A stretch of 64,000 nucleotides of DNA, taken from assembly GCA_012295275.1 (NCBI GenBank), contig CM022677.1, positions 12,772,001-12,836,000 on the forward strand, given 5' to 3'. Below the pieces are notes generated by a model, which was not told the DNA's origin, ran no database searches, and saw nothing but the letters and a program-made list of their open reading frames with translations. Both the position numbers and the translations under genes were made by a program. Each line of letters starts with the position of its first letter. Position 1 is the first letter of the stretch. Of the stretch, positions 39,191 through 53,099 are shown one piece after another. Source of the stretch: Chrysomallon squamiferum (taxonomy: Eukaryota > Animalia > Mollusca).

Positions 39191-41652
39191 GTGATATCGG
39201 TAGAGCACGTGTAGTTCGAAGTCCAGACTGGGCTGGTAAAGGAAAGATGGTGGCGAAGATGGTCTTGGAACAGCTGTGAAAGAGGATGTCGCTAATGGCA
39301 AGGTGAAGGTCATATGGGACATAGGTCACGAAGGTCACTATCGTGCTGGATATGATGGACGATATACGAACTCAGTCAGATTTTCTACACTTAATGTTTC
39401 TTTAATTTTTTGTTGTTGTTGTCATTTTTTTTTTTATAACCGTTGCTTGTCGTTGTTAGAAACGAACAAAACGTTTGTAAATAGTTGATTTTTCAAGAAA
39501 ATGTTAATCATTAACAAAAAATGATATCTTTACAAATCATTACTTTATTCCTTTAAGAACTGTTTCTATATTTTCTTAAATTAGTCATCTTATGTCAGAG
39601 TCAACGTTTGCACATATATACTGAAACTGAAAATGGTGTTATTTGGAAAAAAACCTACTAAGATTTGTTGAGGAACATTCTTGTTGCGGGAATATAGACT
39701 ACTGCATTTTTGTAACTATATGCATGTAATATTTCACTTGATTTATTATCAGTCTTTCCATATTTCATCCGTGTACCCTGCCATTCTCTTTAGAGTTATC
39801 CCTCTTCCGTCGAACTATTAATAGATTATATTATACCTAGTACATTGTTTATTGTACTAATATTTTACAGACTTTAAACTGTATGGTCAGGAACATTTAA
39901 TTATTCGACAAGTGTTTATAGATTGCTAAAACATGTTTTGACAAATCGCAATATCTCAATCATGAAAATCATGCGGAAATACAGCATCAGTTATGTCCCT
40001 TCTGTAGATGTCGTATGTCACTAGAACCAATCAAAATGGAACCAATAGAATGTATGCGCAGGAAGTGTGCAACCTGCTGTGACCTTTGCACTCTGTGTTA
40101 CATGAGTGGAAAACATGATCTTAGTCATCCTTTCGTTCTCCATCAAACACAGACATCTACACTGTAAGTCAGCAAAACTGAGATTACATGAATAAAACAA
40201 CAAAGGAAAAAAACATATAAAAAGTAATAAAATTTAAAAACAAAAATTAAAAAGGCCTTTTACTGTTAACAGTTTTGTACATTTATTTTAAATTGAATTT
40301 AAAACCAATTTATCTTCACAAATGATTTTAAAAAGGAATGTATTACTGCTTAAAAGTGCTTAGAGTGCCTATTGATTCAAGAAATTTGCTAAAACCAGAA
40401 ACTGTACATGGAATTTTGCCAGGTGCTAGTGTTAAGAGAGGGTTACACTGGAAGTGGAGTAATCAGGGTGGTAAGTATTCTTTCAATAAAGAGTTCACAG
40501 TGAGGTCAGTACTCTGTTAAGATAGATTTATGGTAAAAAAAAGAGGATTTTTTGGTTTTAAAATTTACAATTAGAAAAATTTACACCAAGGAGTTTAGTA
40601 ATTTTATGCAAATCATAAAATATATTGTTTAAATCTTTGTTAGTTTATTATTTATCAATATAGTGTATTTAAAATGTGTTCAGCCTTGATGTGTCATGGT
40701 GGGATATACACAAAGATAACAGCTGAAGCCTGTTATAATAATTGTGACAATAAGCATCACACTATTTTGTAATCATAAAGGAATTAATTATACTGATTTC
40801 ATTTAAGTCCATATAACAAATATCTTTTCTGGCTTTGAAAATGATTAAATGTGAAGTTTGAAAGAATCTGTTTTGCATCTTTTCAAAGATGTTTTTCTTT
40901 TTATTTTGTTCTTCAAATTTAGGTGAAGGAGCTGGTGATGTCATACATTTAGTAAAGTGGGGAAGAAATAGTTATAGAGGTGGTGTTGAAGTTAAATGCA
41001 AAACGGTTCAATGAATACCTACAGATGTGGAGGAGAAGGTTGTATGGATCTCATTCTGATTGCTGAAACAACGGATGTATTACTTTCCACAGCATCTTCC
41101 TGTGTTATGTGTGTTTCTTGAACTACCAGCAAATACATAACAACTATACTATCAAAGTGATAAATTAACAAACTAATTAAAACCAACTTTTTTGATCTGC
41201 ATAAACCTGTTATTCTTACTAAGTTTTGATAATTTTAGTTAATTTTAAAAGAAGCAGTAATGGACGTACCACAGAAGCTCCTAATAGTTTTTGGCTTTTA
41301 TTTTAATATCATTTTTTTTTTTTTTACTTTGATTAAATTATCATAGATAATACTCTTAAACAACAACTATTAATAATGATGATGCATGTGATGAGATTAT
41401 GATGAGGAGGATAATGATGAAGATAAATTATAAACTAAAGTACTTTGTGGGTTTAGATGTGAGAAGCCAGTCAGAATATCAGTTGAAACCTGGAGACAAG
41501 GTACAAATGGATATAGATGTCAAAGTGGTGAAGAATTTTTTTTATCAGAAACTAAAGGAATGTGGCATGAAAAGATATCTGATTTATTTAACTTTAATTA
41601 ATTATAACATAAATGTAATTTATTCATTACAATTAATACATAATGAAAAAAA

Positions 41653-41689
<37 letters not shown>

Positions 41690-43418
41690 GTCTGTCTATC
41701 TATATATATATATATATATGAAATTATGAAAGTACCTTTCTTCTGCACTCAAATTTGTTTTGTCATTCAAATAAACAATTTTCATAATGTCTGTCTGTTT
41801 CTGACTGAAGGATAACAGCAATACTTTTTTTGTTCTATTTTATTGATTCTATTTAGGGTTTATTTTTAATTTAATTTATTTATTTATTAATTTATTTATG
41901 TATTTGCCATTGCCAGGAACAGTCACTGAAATAAATGGCTCAAGAATAGAAAAAGTTCAGTATGAAGATGCACAGTCATGGTATTTCTTTAGATCAATGT
42001 TAACGAAGGTAATCTATTATTATTTACTTTAATTTAAAATGTTTTATTTTTTATTTTTATATATATAATTAAAGAAAAATTTATATAGTCTTTATTTAAT
42101 TTAATTTTGAAAGGTATCTCTTTCATGTTTTTAATTCATTTTTAATTGACAAAGTATCTTCTATTTGTGGTCTTGTCTTTATGTTTAATTTAAATGTATC
42201 TATTTGTATACTTTTTATTTATATTGTTTTATTTGTTTTCCTGTAAAGAAATTCCATTTTATACGGTTCTATTTTTATTTTTCAGAAGTATTTATTTAAG
42301 AATCCATGCAGGTGAATGAGACTGTGGATGCAAACAGTCCATTACAACTGGCTTGCTACACAGGTAGCAGTGACGTTGTGAAAATTCTCTTATCATATAA
42401 AGCTGATCCAAATCTGGTTGATGAAGAAGGAGACACTGCTCTTCATTTTGCTGTCTCTCAGTAAGTCAAACTTTACATAACATCACTTCAGAGCAAGTTA
42501 AACTTTACATAACATCACTTCAGAGCAAGTTAAACTTTACATAACATCACTTCAGAGCAAGTTAAACTTTACATAACATCACTTCAGAGCAAGTTAAACT
42601 TTACACAACATCACTTCAGAGCAAGTTAAACTTTACATAACATCACTTCAGAGCAAGTTAAACTTTACACAACATCACTTCAGAGCAAGTTAAACCTGTA
42701 TTTGTACACAACATTTCATCTCTCTGCTTTATAGTAAGATGAGTATTTAGTTAACATTATTTCACACTAAGTTAAATTTCTTTCTGTTATATATTATCAC
42801 TGAATCAAGCTGTTTCCTAGTAAATTAAATGTGTATCATTACTTAATATCATTTCATTTCATAATGCAATTTTATTAAGATTTATCTGCATCTTTATATC
42901 ATTTCACAATGCTGTTTTAGTAAATTATATCTATATCTTTATATAACATCATTTCATAATGCAGTTTTATTAAGATATATCTATATATTTATATAACATA
43001 ATTTCTTTATTCTGCCTCATGGTCAGTTATATCTATATCTTTATTAATCATCTCTTTCTCGTGCTGTTTAACAGTAAGATAAAGCTATATTTTTATATAA
43101 CATGTCACTTCATCATGTGGTTTCACAATATGTTAAATGTGTATCTTTAAATTATCACATCACTATTCTCTTTAAAGCTATAATTATACTTTTATATAAC
43201 ACAGATACAAAATTGTGTCATTTCATGATTATTATGTTTTTCAGAGGCCAAGATGAAATTGTGAAAACCCTAACTGATAAAGATGCTGACATGAACAAAA
43301 AGAATAAAAAAGGACACACCATGTCACTAAGCAGTGACTGCAGACAATGAAGAAATTGTGAAAATCCTCACTGACAAGGGTTGTGTTGTTAACACACAGG
43401 TTATATGTGTATTTATTT

Positions 43419-43484
<66 letters not shown>

Positions 43485-44430
43485 AAATAAAATGACACAA
43501 TGTATGTACAAATAACAACTCAGAAAGCTACCTAAATTTAAAAAATGCCCTTTTCTAATTATTATTCCTGTTTGCAAATTTTGCTTTGATAAATTTATTC
43601 TTGTAGCTTTATAATGAAGTTTTAACTTCATATTGCATCTGCTAATTGTCAATTTATTCTGATTTATAAAATTATTTCTTAATCATATAATTTTACATAT
43701 TTATTTTCAAAAGTTGTGCAAACATTGAGTTTGTTCTGACAAAGGGTTAATGATGAAGACATGCCACCCATGCTATGAACAACTACCCATCTGTGAGATG
43801 TTGATGAAGGTGAAGAAATTAAATGTGACATTTTCAACAGTGATGGAATGTCTGCTTTTCATGTGGCTGTAATAAATAATAAAGAAAAGTATGTATAGCT
43901 TTCAGCTGTCAAGTCAGTCAGCTGCCTTAATAAGAATGTTTAGAAAGATTTTATTATAATTATTATTATTATTATTATTATTTTAAACATAGCGTTAAGG
44001 TGATCTCTATAACGTATCATCATGAAACAAATATTAAACAACTTAGCTAATTAGAATATTAATTGTTCCTGAAACAAACCCTTTATAGTCTGTTTTATCA
44101 CATATTGGCTGTACTTGAAGAACATTTTGAGTATGTGAACACTCTTTGCTTTTATTTTTATTATATCATTGTCTTTCATGTAATCCTAGGTTTATAACTT
44201 GTATACTGTAACCACAACCTGAAACCACATAACTTTAAAGTTGTACAATGATTTCTTAGAAATACAACTGAAAACAAGAACATTCTTAAAATGACTAAGA
44301 ACAGCACCAGCTCCTTCAGTGAGGCATCTTGTTTGTTGTGAGATTTGACATGTGAAGTGGATGATGGATCCTGGTGGTTGAGTCATGTTTGATGTCTGCA
44401 ACTGAGTACATTGCCACTGACAATTATTCA
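39191..44430 (+). pseudogene. MIB2-like: Mind bomb-like E3 ubiquitin ligase pseudogene (MIB/HERC2 - ZZ - MIB/HERC2 - MIB repeat - ankyrins - RING relic)
   Basis: Exons in canonical order: RVVRSPDW...VKVIWDIGHEGHYRAGYDGRY; RKCATC...LCTLCYMSGKHDLSHPF (ZZ); GILPGASVKRGLHWKWSNQGG|GEGAGDV...YRCGGEGCMDL; LKPGDKVQMDIDV; SPLQLACYTGSSDVVKILLSYKADPNLVDEEGDTALHFAV; further ankyrins. Several frameshifts and stops. Confidence 0.85.
42461..42695. repeat. 32-bp tandem repeat, 7 full copies plus partial, starting at a splice donor
   Basis: gYaagtYaaactttacaYaacatcacttcaga; the first unit begins with the GTAAGT donor of the ankyrin exon. Confidence 0.95.
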
Positions 44431-46271
44431 CTTTGATCTAGAGTTCATGCAGCTAATAGCTATTGATTTGTTTAATTTTGCTAGAATTAGAATTCTTATT
44501 TTTTATTATTATTGTATGTCTGTATATGTATGTATTTATATTATTATTATTATAATTTTTATTTACTTATTTATTTATTTATTTATCAATTTTTCAATCT
44601 CTTAACTGCATCTCCATCTTTCTGGTTATTTTTCTAAATTCTAATAATTCAAATTATTTTATTTTATTATTTATTTATTATTATTATTATTATTAATATT
44701 GTAATTATTCTTTTTCTTTTTACAAGCTAGTTATAATTCTTTTTATTATTATTTTTTTCTTCATGTTTCTTTTTATTCAGTAGGGAGCAGACTTTTTTTT
44801 TTTAGTTTTTAATAAAACAAGTCACCTAGTAATATCTCAGAGAATTAATATTTTTTGTTACTAGTGTAGATGTTCTGTCTTCCTAATTCAAAACCTGTTT
44901 CCATTGATGATGTCGTATTTCTAGTGTTTGCTGAACAAACCCAAACAATAATGAAGTTGTAAACTTGTATTGTCAATATATTTTGTTTTCTGGAAATTAT
45001 TATTATTACTGATTTTTTTAGAACCAGTATTATTCTGATAACTTGTTTGTTACTAAATAGTGTCTTTTTGGAATAGTTATTTGTATTTATATTGACAGAC
45101 ACTTTTTTCTCTTAATTTCAAGGTCTGCCCTGTGTTAATATATATATATAATTTGTTTTTCTTTCTATTTTTTTTTTGTTTTTTCCACAGAACTGATATA
45201 GGTTTAATATCACTGAAAAAAAAACAACAGCAGTTGGCACCAAAACACCAGTATCACCATTAGACCTGAGACAAACTGACATCACCACACCAACCACTGA
45301 AAACTCAAACTCTGTGCCAAGAAACATCCAGACACACTAGAAAAGAAACCAGAAACACCAGCAGCCATTGCCAGAGGTATTTTGGTAAAAAATAATGTCT
45401 AAGAAAGAAAGGGAACAGAAAAAGTTTGATCATGTGATTCTTCTTGTGAAACTGGAATTTTTGTTGAAAGCAGCCGGACCAAGCTTAAACTGCCACAAGC
45501 TTTAACACCAACATATCCACTTAGTCACATTTTAAATCTTTGAAAAACATTCAGGTAAATATGTCTGTAAATATGTCTTAGTCTATCTGTCTGTTTCTCT
45601 TTCTGCCTACCTCCTTATTTATTTATTTGATTTCTATCTCTGCTTTTCTGTTTGTATTTCTTTCCTTGAAACTGTGCAGATAAATATGTTTATCTTTCTT
45701 ACTATGTCTCTACTTAATATGCTTATCTGTTTTTCTGCCTGTTTCTTTATGTATCATTTCTTATTTGTTCCTAATTATCATTTTTTTTAGTTTTCTTTCT
45801 TTTTTCTTCCTTTCTTTTCTTTATGTTTTTTAATAATGATTTTCTAAGTTGTAATAGTTTTTGAAGTATAACAAAGAAAGAAAAGATTATATATAATCTT
45901 TCTGTAAGTTCTCTTTTGATAATTCTGAACATAAATAGCTTTAGAATCAGCAGTTTAATTTTTAAATTTATTTAAATTTAATTTTAAAATCAGCAATTTT
46001 AGTAGACAGCTGATTATTTTAGTTTATTTATTTTTAAATTTATTTCTATCTAGTTTTTATTTTTAATTTATAAAATAATTTAGTATTCTTAAAATCAGTT
46101 TTAGTTATTTAGTTTTGACCCCAGTTTTAAATTTATCATGAAACAGCTTTGTTTCCGTGTTTTTTGGCAGTGTGTTCTAACACAACAGTGATCTTCCTTA
46201 GCCTCACCACCAACAAAACAGACACTGAGAGTGCTGTGAGTAATCTGAATTATAACTGTTACAAAGTCTTT

Positions 46272-46308
<37 letters not shown>

Positions 46309-46781
46309 CCAGTTTAAAGAATTCCATATTCATTACATAATGCTTACACCAATAACAAGAAATTATTTTTATATTTATATTTGTATAATTATGAGAAAAA
46401 AATCTTATTTTCTCTTGTTGTTGTTGTTGTTCTTCTTCTTCTTCTTCTTCTTCTTCTTCTTCTTCTTCTTGGTATTATTATTATTATTATTCTTTATATT
46501 ATATATGTCACTGTTATTGTTATTATTATTAGTAGTAGTAGTAATTAGTATATGTAATTAATGTGTAATTGTCACTTAGCTACTAATATTGCTAATTCTG
46601 CTACTACCACTATTACTACTATTATTCTACTAACAAAAACAGTTACTAACAGTGACTTTCATTACACTAAATCAATTACCAGTAATTATTATCTATCTAT
46701 TTACCACTGTGTGTGTTACTGCTATTTGTACTGTTGCTACAAATGTTACTACAAATGTTATTTTTACCACTATTATTACAT

Positions 46782-46814
<33 letters not shown>

Positions 46815-47407
46815 TGGTGTCTGCAGTTATTTACTACCTCTATGTATTGTATCTACTTGTACTGAACAACCTAAGCTAATTCTACCACAGTTATCACTAT
46901 TACTGTTACTGCTGCAATTACCACTATTTGTATTACTACTACTAGTATAGTTATTACTAATATTACAAACTATTACCACTGTTACTATTACTAGTACTGT
47001 TACTACTGATATTACAATTATTACCACTATTACTGCTACTAGTTAGTACTTTATAACTATTAGTATACTCTGTCTCTCTTACTGTCTTTCTCTTTCTCTG
47101 TCTCCTCTAAGAAACCTTAGCTTCAAGAATCTTAATTTATCATTACATATTTTTAACTTTCTTATTTATTTACTGGTTTTATTAATATAAATGTGTATTT
47201 CTCTGTAATTTCAGAGCTATTTTCTGATAATGTATATTCTGCACATTGTGAATTATTATTATTATTATTATTATTGTTTTTATTTGATTTTATTACCAGC
47301 TGGGATCACTTAATCTTGTATTCGGTTTTTTATCTGAATGATGCAAAAGTTAACAACCAAACTCTTATAGTTGATGGTAAATTTAGATTTGTAAAATATA
47401 TTTACAT

Positions 47408-47481
<74 letters not shown>

Positions 47482-48189
47482 GTATATATACATACACACA
47501 CATGTATTTCATTCTGTAACTAGCTAGATTTGATGTATCAGAATATGTTTCAACTTTTTTTCTTTTTCTGCTCATAGTTAAGATACCAGGTTTGTTAATA
47601 CTGTTTTTCATTTTTTTCAGATATTCCAGATTCCAAAGCAGTCACAAGTTCTCTACAGGAATTAAGTCTGAACTCCAGTTGTTTAACCAACCAGCTGTTT
47701 GAGTTTCTGTTAGAACATTTCCATAGAAAACTCCTTTCTTTGAAAGACTTCTGTGGACATTGGAAATTGTCCTGATCTTTCTGTGTCTGTCATTGACGAT
47801 TTAGTTAAACTTACTTCAGGTAATTTTTTTAAATTTTATAAATTTTTATAATATTTGAATAATTATTCTATATATAATCCTAATCTTTCTCTATCAGACA
47901 TAGACAATTTAGTTAAACCATATGCTAAGAATATTAAACTAAACTTTTTATTATGAAATAATTTTATGTAGATATTTTTAATGTATATAAATATTTTGTT
48001 TTGTTATATAGTTGTAATTATTATGTATTTGTTATTGAGTAGGTAATTATGTATAAACTGCTTGTTTCCTTTTTGCTTTTGTTCTCATGTTCTCTGTCTC
48101 TGAGTCTGTCTTTCAGTCTGTCTTTAAGCCTTTTATAATTAATTTTCTAATTTCAGCTTTACTTATATTTATATTCCTGAGAGTGAGTG

Positions 48190-48945
48190 AGTATGTGTGT
48201 ATAAGCAATAGAGATAATTGCTCTGACAATAGTCTGTGTGTATGTGTGTGTGAATATCAGCAATAGTGCAAATTGCTATTCTGATCAGTTTGTGTGTGTA
48301 TGTGTTGTATCAGCAACACTGATAACTGCTACTCTGACATTAGTTGTGTGTTTGTGAGTGAGTGTGAGTGTACAAGCAATAATGATAACTGTTATTCTGT
48401 GTATGTGTGTGACTGTGTTTGTGAGTGTATCAGCAATAGTGATAACAGCTACTCTGATAATAGTATGTGTGTGTGTCTTTGAGTGTATCAGCAGTAGTGA
48501 TAACTGCTTCTGTGATAATAGTCTGTGTGTGCAAGAATATGAGCAATAGTGATAACTACTACTTTGATAATAGTGTGTGTGTCTGAGTATCAGCTACAGT
48601 GATAATTGCTACTTTGATAATTGTGTGGGTATCGGAAATAGTGATAACTACTACTATGATATCAGTATGTGTGTGTGTTTGTGTTTGAGTGTATCAGTGA
48701 TAATTACTACTGTGATCATAGTATGTGTATGTCTGTATGTGTATGTGTATGTCAGGAATTTTGATAATTGTTACTCTGATAATAGTGTGTGTGTATCAGC
48801 AATAGTGATAATTGCTACTCTGATAATAGTGTGTGTGTGTGTGTGTGTGTCACTGTGTTTGTGAGTAGTGTTAACTGTTTCTGTGATAATAGTGTTTGTG
48901 ACTAAATCAGCAGTAGTGATCACTGCTACTCTGATAATAGTGTGT
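48190..48945. repeat. Degenerate minisatellite: ~36-bp quasi-palindromic core separated by (TG)n linkers
   Basis: Roughly 15 copies of tatcagcaatagtgataaYtgctactctgataatag with variable TG spacers. Confidence 0.8.
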
Positions 48946-49329
48946 CTGTATAAAAAGGAGTAATAATTAATAACTAGAGAATTCTATAAATAAAAGTCAG
49001 GACAAATATAATGTGTGTTTTTTATAGGAGATGAGACTCAGTTGTACAGTGACAATGACTTTATTCTCATAAACTGTAGATTACACTTATTAACAAATGA
49101 CAAATATACATTTTCAGGCTGGTCAAAAGCATCAGATGATGAATAATATGAATTCTCTGGTGGAATATATACAATACAATTAAAATGTTATGATCTGTGT
49201 GTAAAACCCTGCTTTCTGTCTCCAGCCACATAATACATTTACACTGTGATTCAGTAATACTTATTTTAGTAGATAATTTTTTGTATATACAGCTATACCC
49301 CCAGATTTACAATGAGATAAAGAAACTCT

Positions 49330-50850
49330 GTTTTTATCATATGCTTTATAATAAAGAATATTAATTAGTGATGGTTTCAAGTATCTCTGAGCTTACTTGC
49401 CAAATCTCACACGTTAATCTTATTATTTTTAAAACTTAAGGGCTTACTTCTTTATGATTTTTGTTAGGCGTATCTTTACAAACGAGAGAGTTTACTGACA
49501 TTTGCTCAACACTGTTTTCACTTGGTAAGACTTGTCCTCCTCCATTGTTGTATTGCACTGAGTGAACTGACTTGTCTCAGTCAGAGTTTGGTTTGTGTTG
49601 TGTGATCTCTGTTGTCTTGTTTCTGTTGACTGAGTTGTTATGTTTGTGTTGTGTGATCTCTGTTGTCTTGTTTCTGTTGGCTGAGTTGTTATGTTTGTGT
49701 TGTGTGATCTCTGTTGTCTTGTTTCTGTTGTCTGAGTTGTTATGTTTGTGTTGTGTGATCTCTGTTGTCTTGTTTCTGTTGGCTGAGTTGTTATGTTTTG
49801 TGTGTTTGTGTGATTCTGTGTGATCTCTGTTGTCTTGTTTGTTTCTGTTGACTGAGTTGTTATGTTTGTGTTGTGTGATCTCTGTTGTCTCTGTTGGCTG
49901 TTGTCTTGTTTCTGTTGTCTTGTTTCTGAGTTGTTATGTTTGTGTTGTGTGATCTCTGTTGTCTTGTTTCTGTTGGTTATGTTTGTTGTTGTGTGATCTG
50001 AGTTGTTATGTTTTGTGTTGTGTGATCTCTGTTGTCTTGTTTGTCTGTTGACTGAGTTGTTATGTCTGTGTTGTGAGATCTCTGTTATCTTGTTTCTGTT
50101 GACTGAGTTGTTATGTTTGTGTTGTGTGATCTCTGTTGTCTTGTTTCTGTTGGCTGAGTTGTTATGTTTGTGTTGCTGGCTTCTGGCCTGACCTCTCCCA
50201 GTGTAAACAGCCTGACCTTGATATACAGTTTATCACTATTTAAAACCAATCTTTTCCCTTGCTGGTTTGTAATGTGGATATAATAATTTTCTCCTGTCAT
50301 TAATGTATTTCGGGAATTGTTCATTAACCCCATACGGTTTGTTGTGGGTGCAGCTCTTCTCACTATTTCACATATTTGTTGTTTCATACTGTTATTATTA
50401 TCTCTGATTTAACAAGTAGAACTGTTCATATCTGACACAACAGATTTCAAATCTCACATTTTACCACTATATCTTGTACAGTTATTTCCATGCTATTCAG
50501 TTGTTTTTCAATCAAGTCCAAGTTTTTCAGTTTATCACACATTATAGCTAACGTTCTAGTCAAAGTATCTAATTTTATACTGACATCTTGATTGTTCACA
50601 ACTGGTGAAATTAAACCAGAATACTGAGAGTGGGATCATTAGGTTTGTCCATATTGTCCATACTGTGACTGCTGACACTGTTGAATTGGTGTTGACTGAT
50701 AAAATGGTGCAGATGAACATCTCGTTATTCTGTGTATTTGACATCCTTGTAATAGCGACTTCTTGACCAGCTTGGCTGCTGCTTACCCTTATTTTCTGTT
50801 CACTTTCTCCACTTATAGTTTTACTCTTATTTTTTTTCTCTTTTAGCAAT
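49330..50850 (-). mobile_element. 5' portion of a CR1/L2-like LINE (ORF1 relic and start of endonuclease)
   Basis: VWVNEQFPKYINDRRKLLYPHYKPARE...LNSDKLYI matches the ORF1 C-terminal consensus (EQFP.EI..RRK.LYP...DKLYI). INV*DLASKLRD near 49400 resembles the APE start NVxGLxSKL. Confidence 0.65.
49590..50175. repeat. 51-bp tandem repeat inside the LINE ORF1 tail
   Basis: tttgtgttgtgtgatctctgttgtcttgtttctgttgRctgagttgttatg, ~11 copies with scrambled middle; minus strand reads NTNITTQPTETRQQRSH. Confidence 0.9.
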
Positions 50851-52997
50851 AACTTACATTGATAAAAAGAGATAAAATCCCTTTAATACTAATAAACATT
50901 ATATATTTTCACAGAGAGATGAGAGAATGACTTTCATTTCCATGCATGTGTTAGTGGGAAGTAATGGTTACTCGTGTTGGGAACATTAAACAACCACACA
51001 AAAAAGATCAAACAGAACTTGAAGAGACCAAGTGAGTTAACACTGTCTTTTCTTTTTCCTTTCACATGTGTCACTCTTTAACTGACAAAGATGATAAAGG
51101 TACTTGTAAAAAATAATTGTCATAACTAGCACTTTTTATTTTTTATTTTTTGTTGTTAGCCTAATCAGATATACATTGATGAAAAAGGCTGTTAATTCAG
51201 ATATTTTGTAAGAAAAAATAATGTAAATTATTTGTTTGTGAATTAATAGCTAAAGAAGACTATTTATAAGGTGAAAGTTCTATTATTTGTTGATTTTAGG
51301 TTGTAGTAGCTTGTGTGTGTGTGTTTGGTGTTGTTTTTTTAATTAAAAATATAATCTATATAACTACTGTTTTATTTATTTTTATTAATTAAGTATGAGT
51401 TTAATTTTTTTTTTTTTCTAAGGGATCTAAAATATCCATGTCTATGTGTGGATTGAATGCTCCTATAAAGGTATGTTTTATTCATTCACTTTTGTGTTTT
51501 ATTTGATTAAGGATGGATTTAATTAAAAGATGCAAAGTTTATTTTTATGCACAGAATAGTATTGAAACATTTATATAAATGTCTCATAAATGATGTTTAC
51601 TTTAGATAGTATAGAATCAATTTAATAATGGTTTATAAACCTTGTAATAATTTGCATGCCAGCCTAATAGAGTAGTGAACAGAACATGTGTAATTTGCTG
51701 TTAGTAATATCTCACTCAAATCTGAAAAAAGGAGCAAAATTTTACTTATATTAAAGTGGCAGGAAAGTATGTTACAATTAAATATTTTAATAATCAAATA
51801 ATTTATTGTAAATGATGTAACTATAATGATTGTTAAAGGTTAATTAAAGATCATAAGAATAATCTCAAATGTATTTCCATCATGCTAGTATGTTAGCATT
51901 TCAAGTAGAATCAGTATAACAAGACCATTTCTTTACTGCCTAATGTAATACTATATATATATATATATATATATATACCTAATGTAATATATAGGTTTAA
52001 ATTGTTTATTTACTTAATATTCCTGGCAGTCACCGTAAACTGGACTAAAAGACTAAAACAGTGTAATTATCAAAATTTTAGCAAGTTAATAGAATTATTC
52101 AAATATTAAAACACATTTTTGTAATCTCTCTTACTGGTGTATTGCTCTTTAAATGGTTTTATGTCAAAGTCAAAAAATAAAATTAAACTAAGAATATAAA
52201 ACCATTTAATAAATTATTTTTATTATTAAAATTGGATGGAAAAAATAAAAATGAGGACTAAAATTCTACTTGCTAAGACAGTGAAATATTGACAACAAAA
52301 ATACTGCTTGCACTTTATTTTATGTTTAGTTTATATGAATATTATTTTGTTTTCCTTGTAGGATCCTAGAAATGTTGTTTTTCAGAAAAGGTTCACTAGA
52401 TTCAAATGCTGCCTCAGCTTCCCTGTCCAGAGAAAAAGCTCAACACTTCAGTTGAAAATGTTGTAAGACACATTTTCAGAAAATGTTCACTAGAGCACAA
52501 AAGAATGCTTTTTTTGATGTGTATTATTTTTATCAGGGGCTAAATCAAAGGATTTGCTGGGGTAATTCAATTTAAAAATAATCATCTAAGAAGAAAAAAA
52601 CAAAAAAAATCAATTTTTATCTTTTTTTTTTTTTTTTAAATCAAATAAATCAAGGATTTGCTTTCAATTTAAAAGAAAAATGAAGGGTTGGGGGAAAATC
52701 AAGGGTTATAATTAGTGTAAATATATTTGAAATTATGTAATTATTTCAATAACTAATCTTTAAAAAATAAGAAATAATAATTTTAAAAATGATAAAAAAT
52801 AAAAAAAAAAAAAAAAAAAAAATAAGAAAAAAATTTCCCGAATATTTTATACTTTGCCTTTTACATTTTGGAACAATTCAAAAAATTAGTTTAAAAATGT
52901 ACAAATTGAAATGTCTTCTAATTTTTTATAATCTGTATTTTCTGTTTAATTCAGTTAAAAAGCTTGGGAAAAAAAAAAATAATAAATAAATAAATAA

Positions 52998-53045
<48 letters not shown>

Positions 53046-53099
53046 AAATAATTATCACTTAAAAAATGAAGTACAAACTGGTATTTAATGTTTCCAAGC

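Larger units (their letters stand above)
45191..52561 (+). pseudogene. Series of exon-like relics of an unidentified gene
   Basis: AG/GT-bounded higher-GC blocks at ~45191-45554, 47621-47819, 49119-49255, 50915-51031, 51423-51470 and 52342-52561. All frames are interrupted; family not recognised. Confidence 0.3.

Noticed and set aside
46340-47060. Poly-Y/L/T ORFs
   Set aside because: Trinucleotide (TAC/TTA/TTC) microsatellite decay.
48190-48945. CRISPR-like palindromic repeats with spacers
   Set aside because: Spacers are (TG)n microsatellite and the repeats are heterogeneous.
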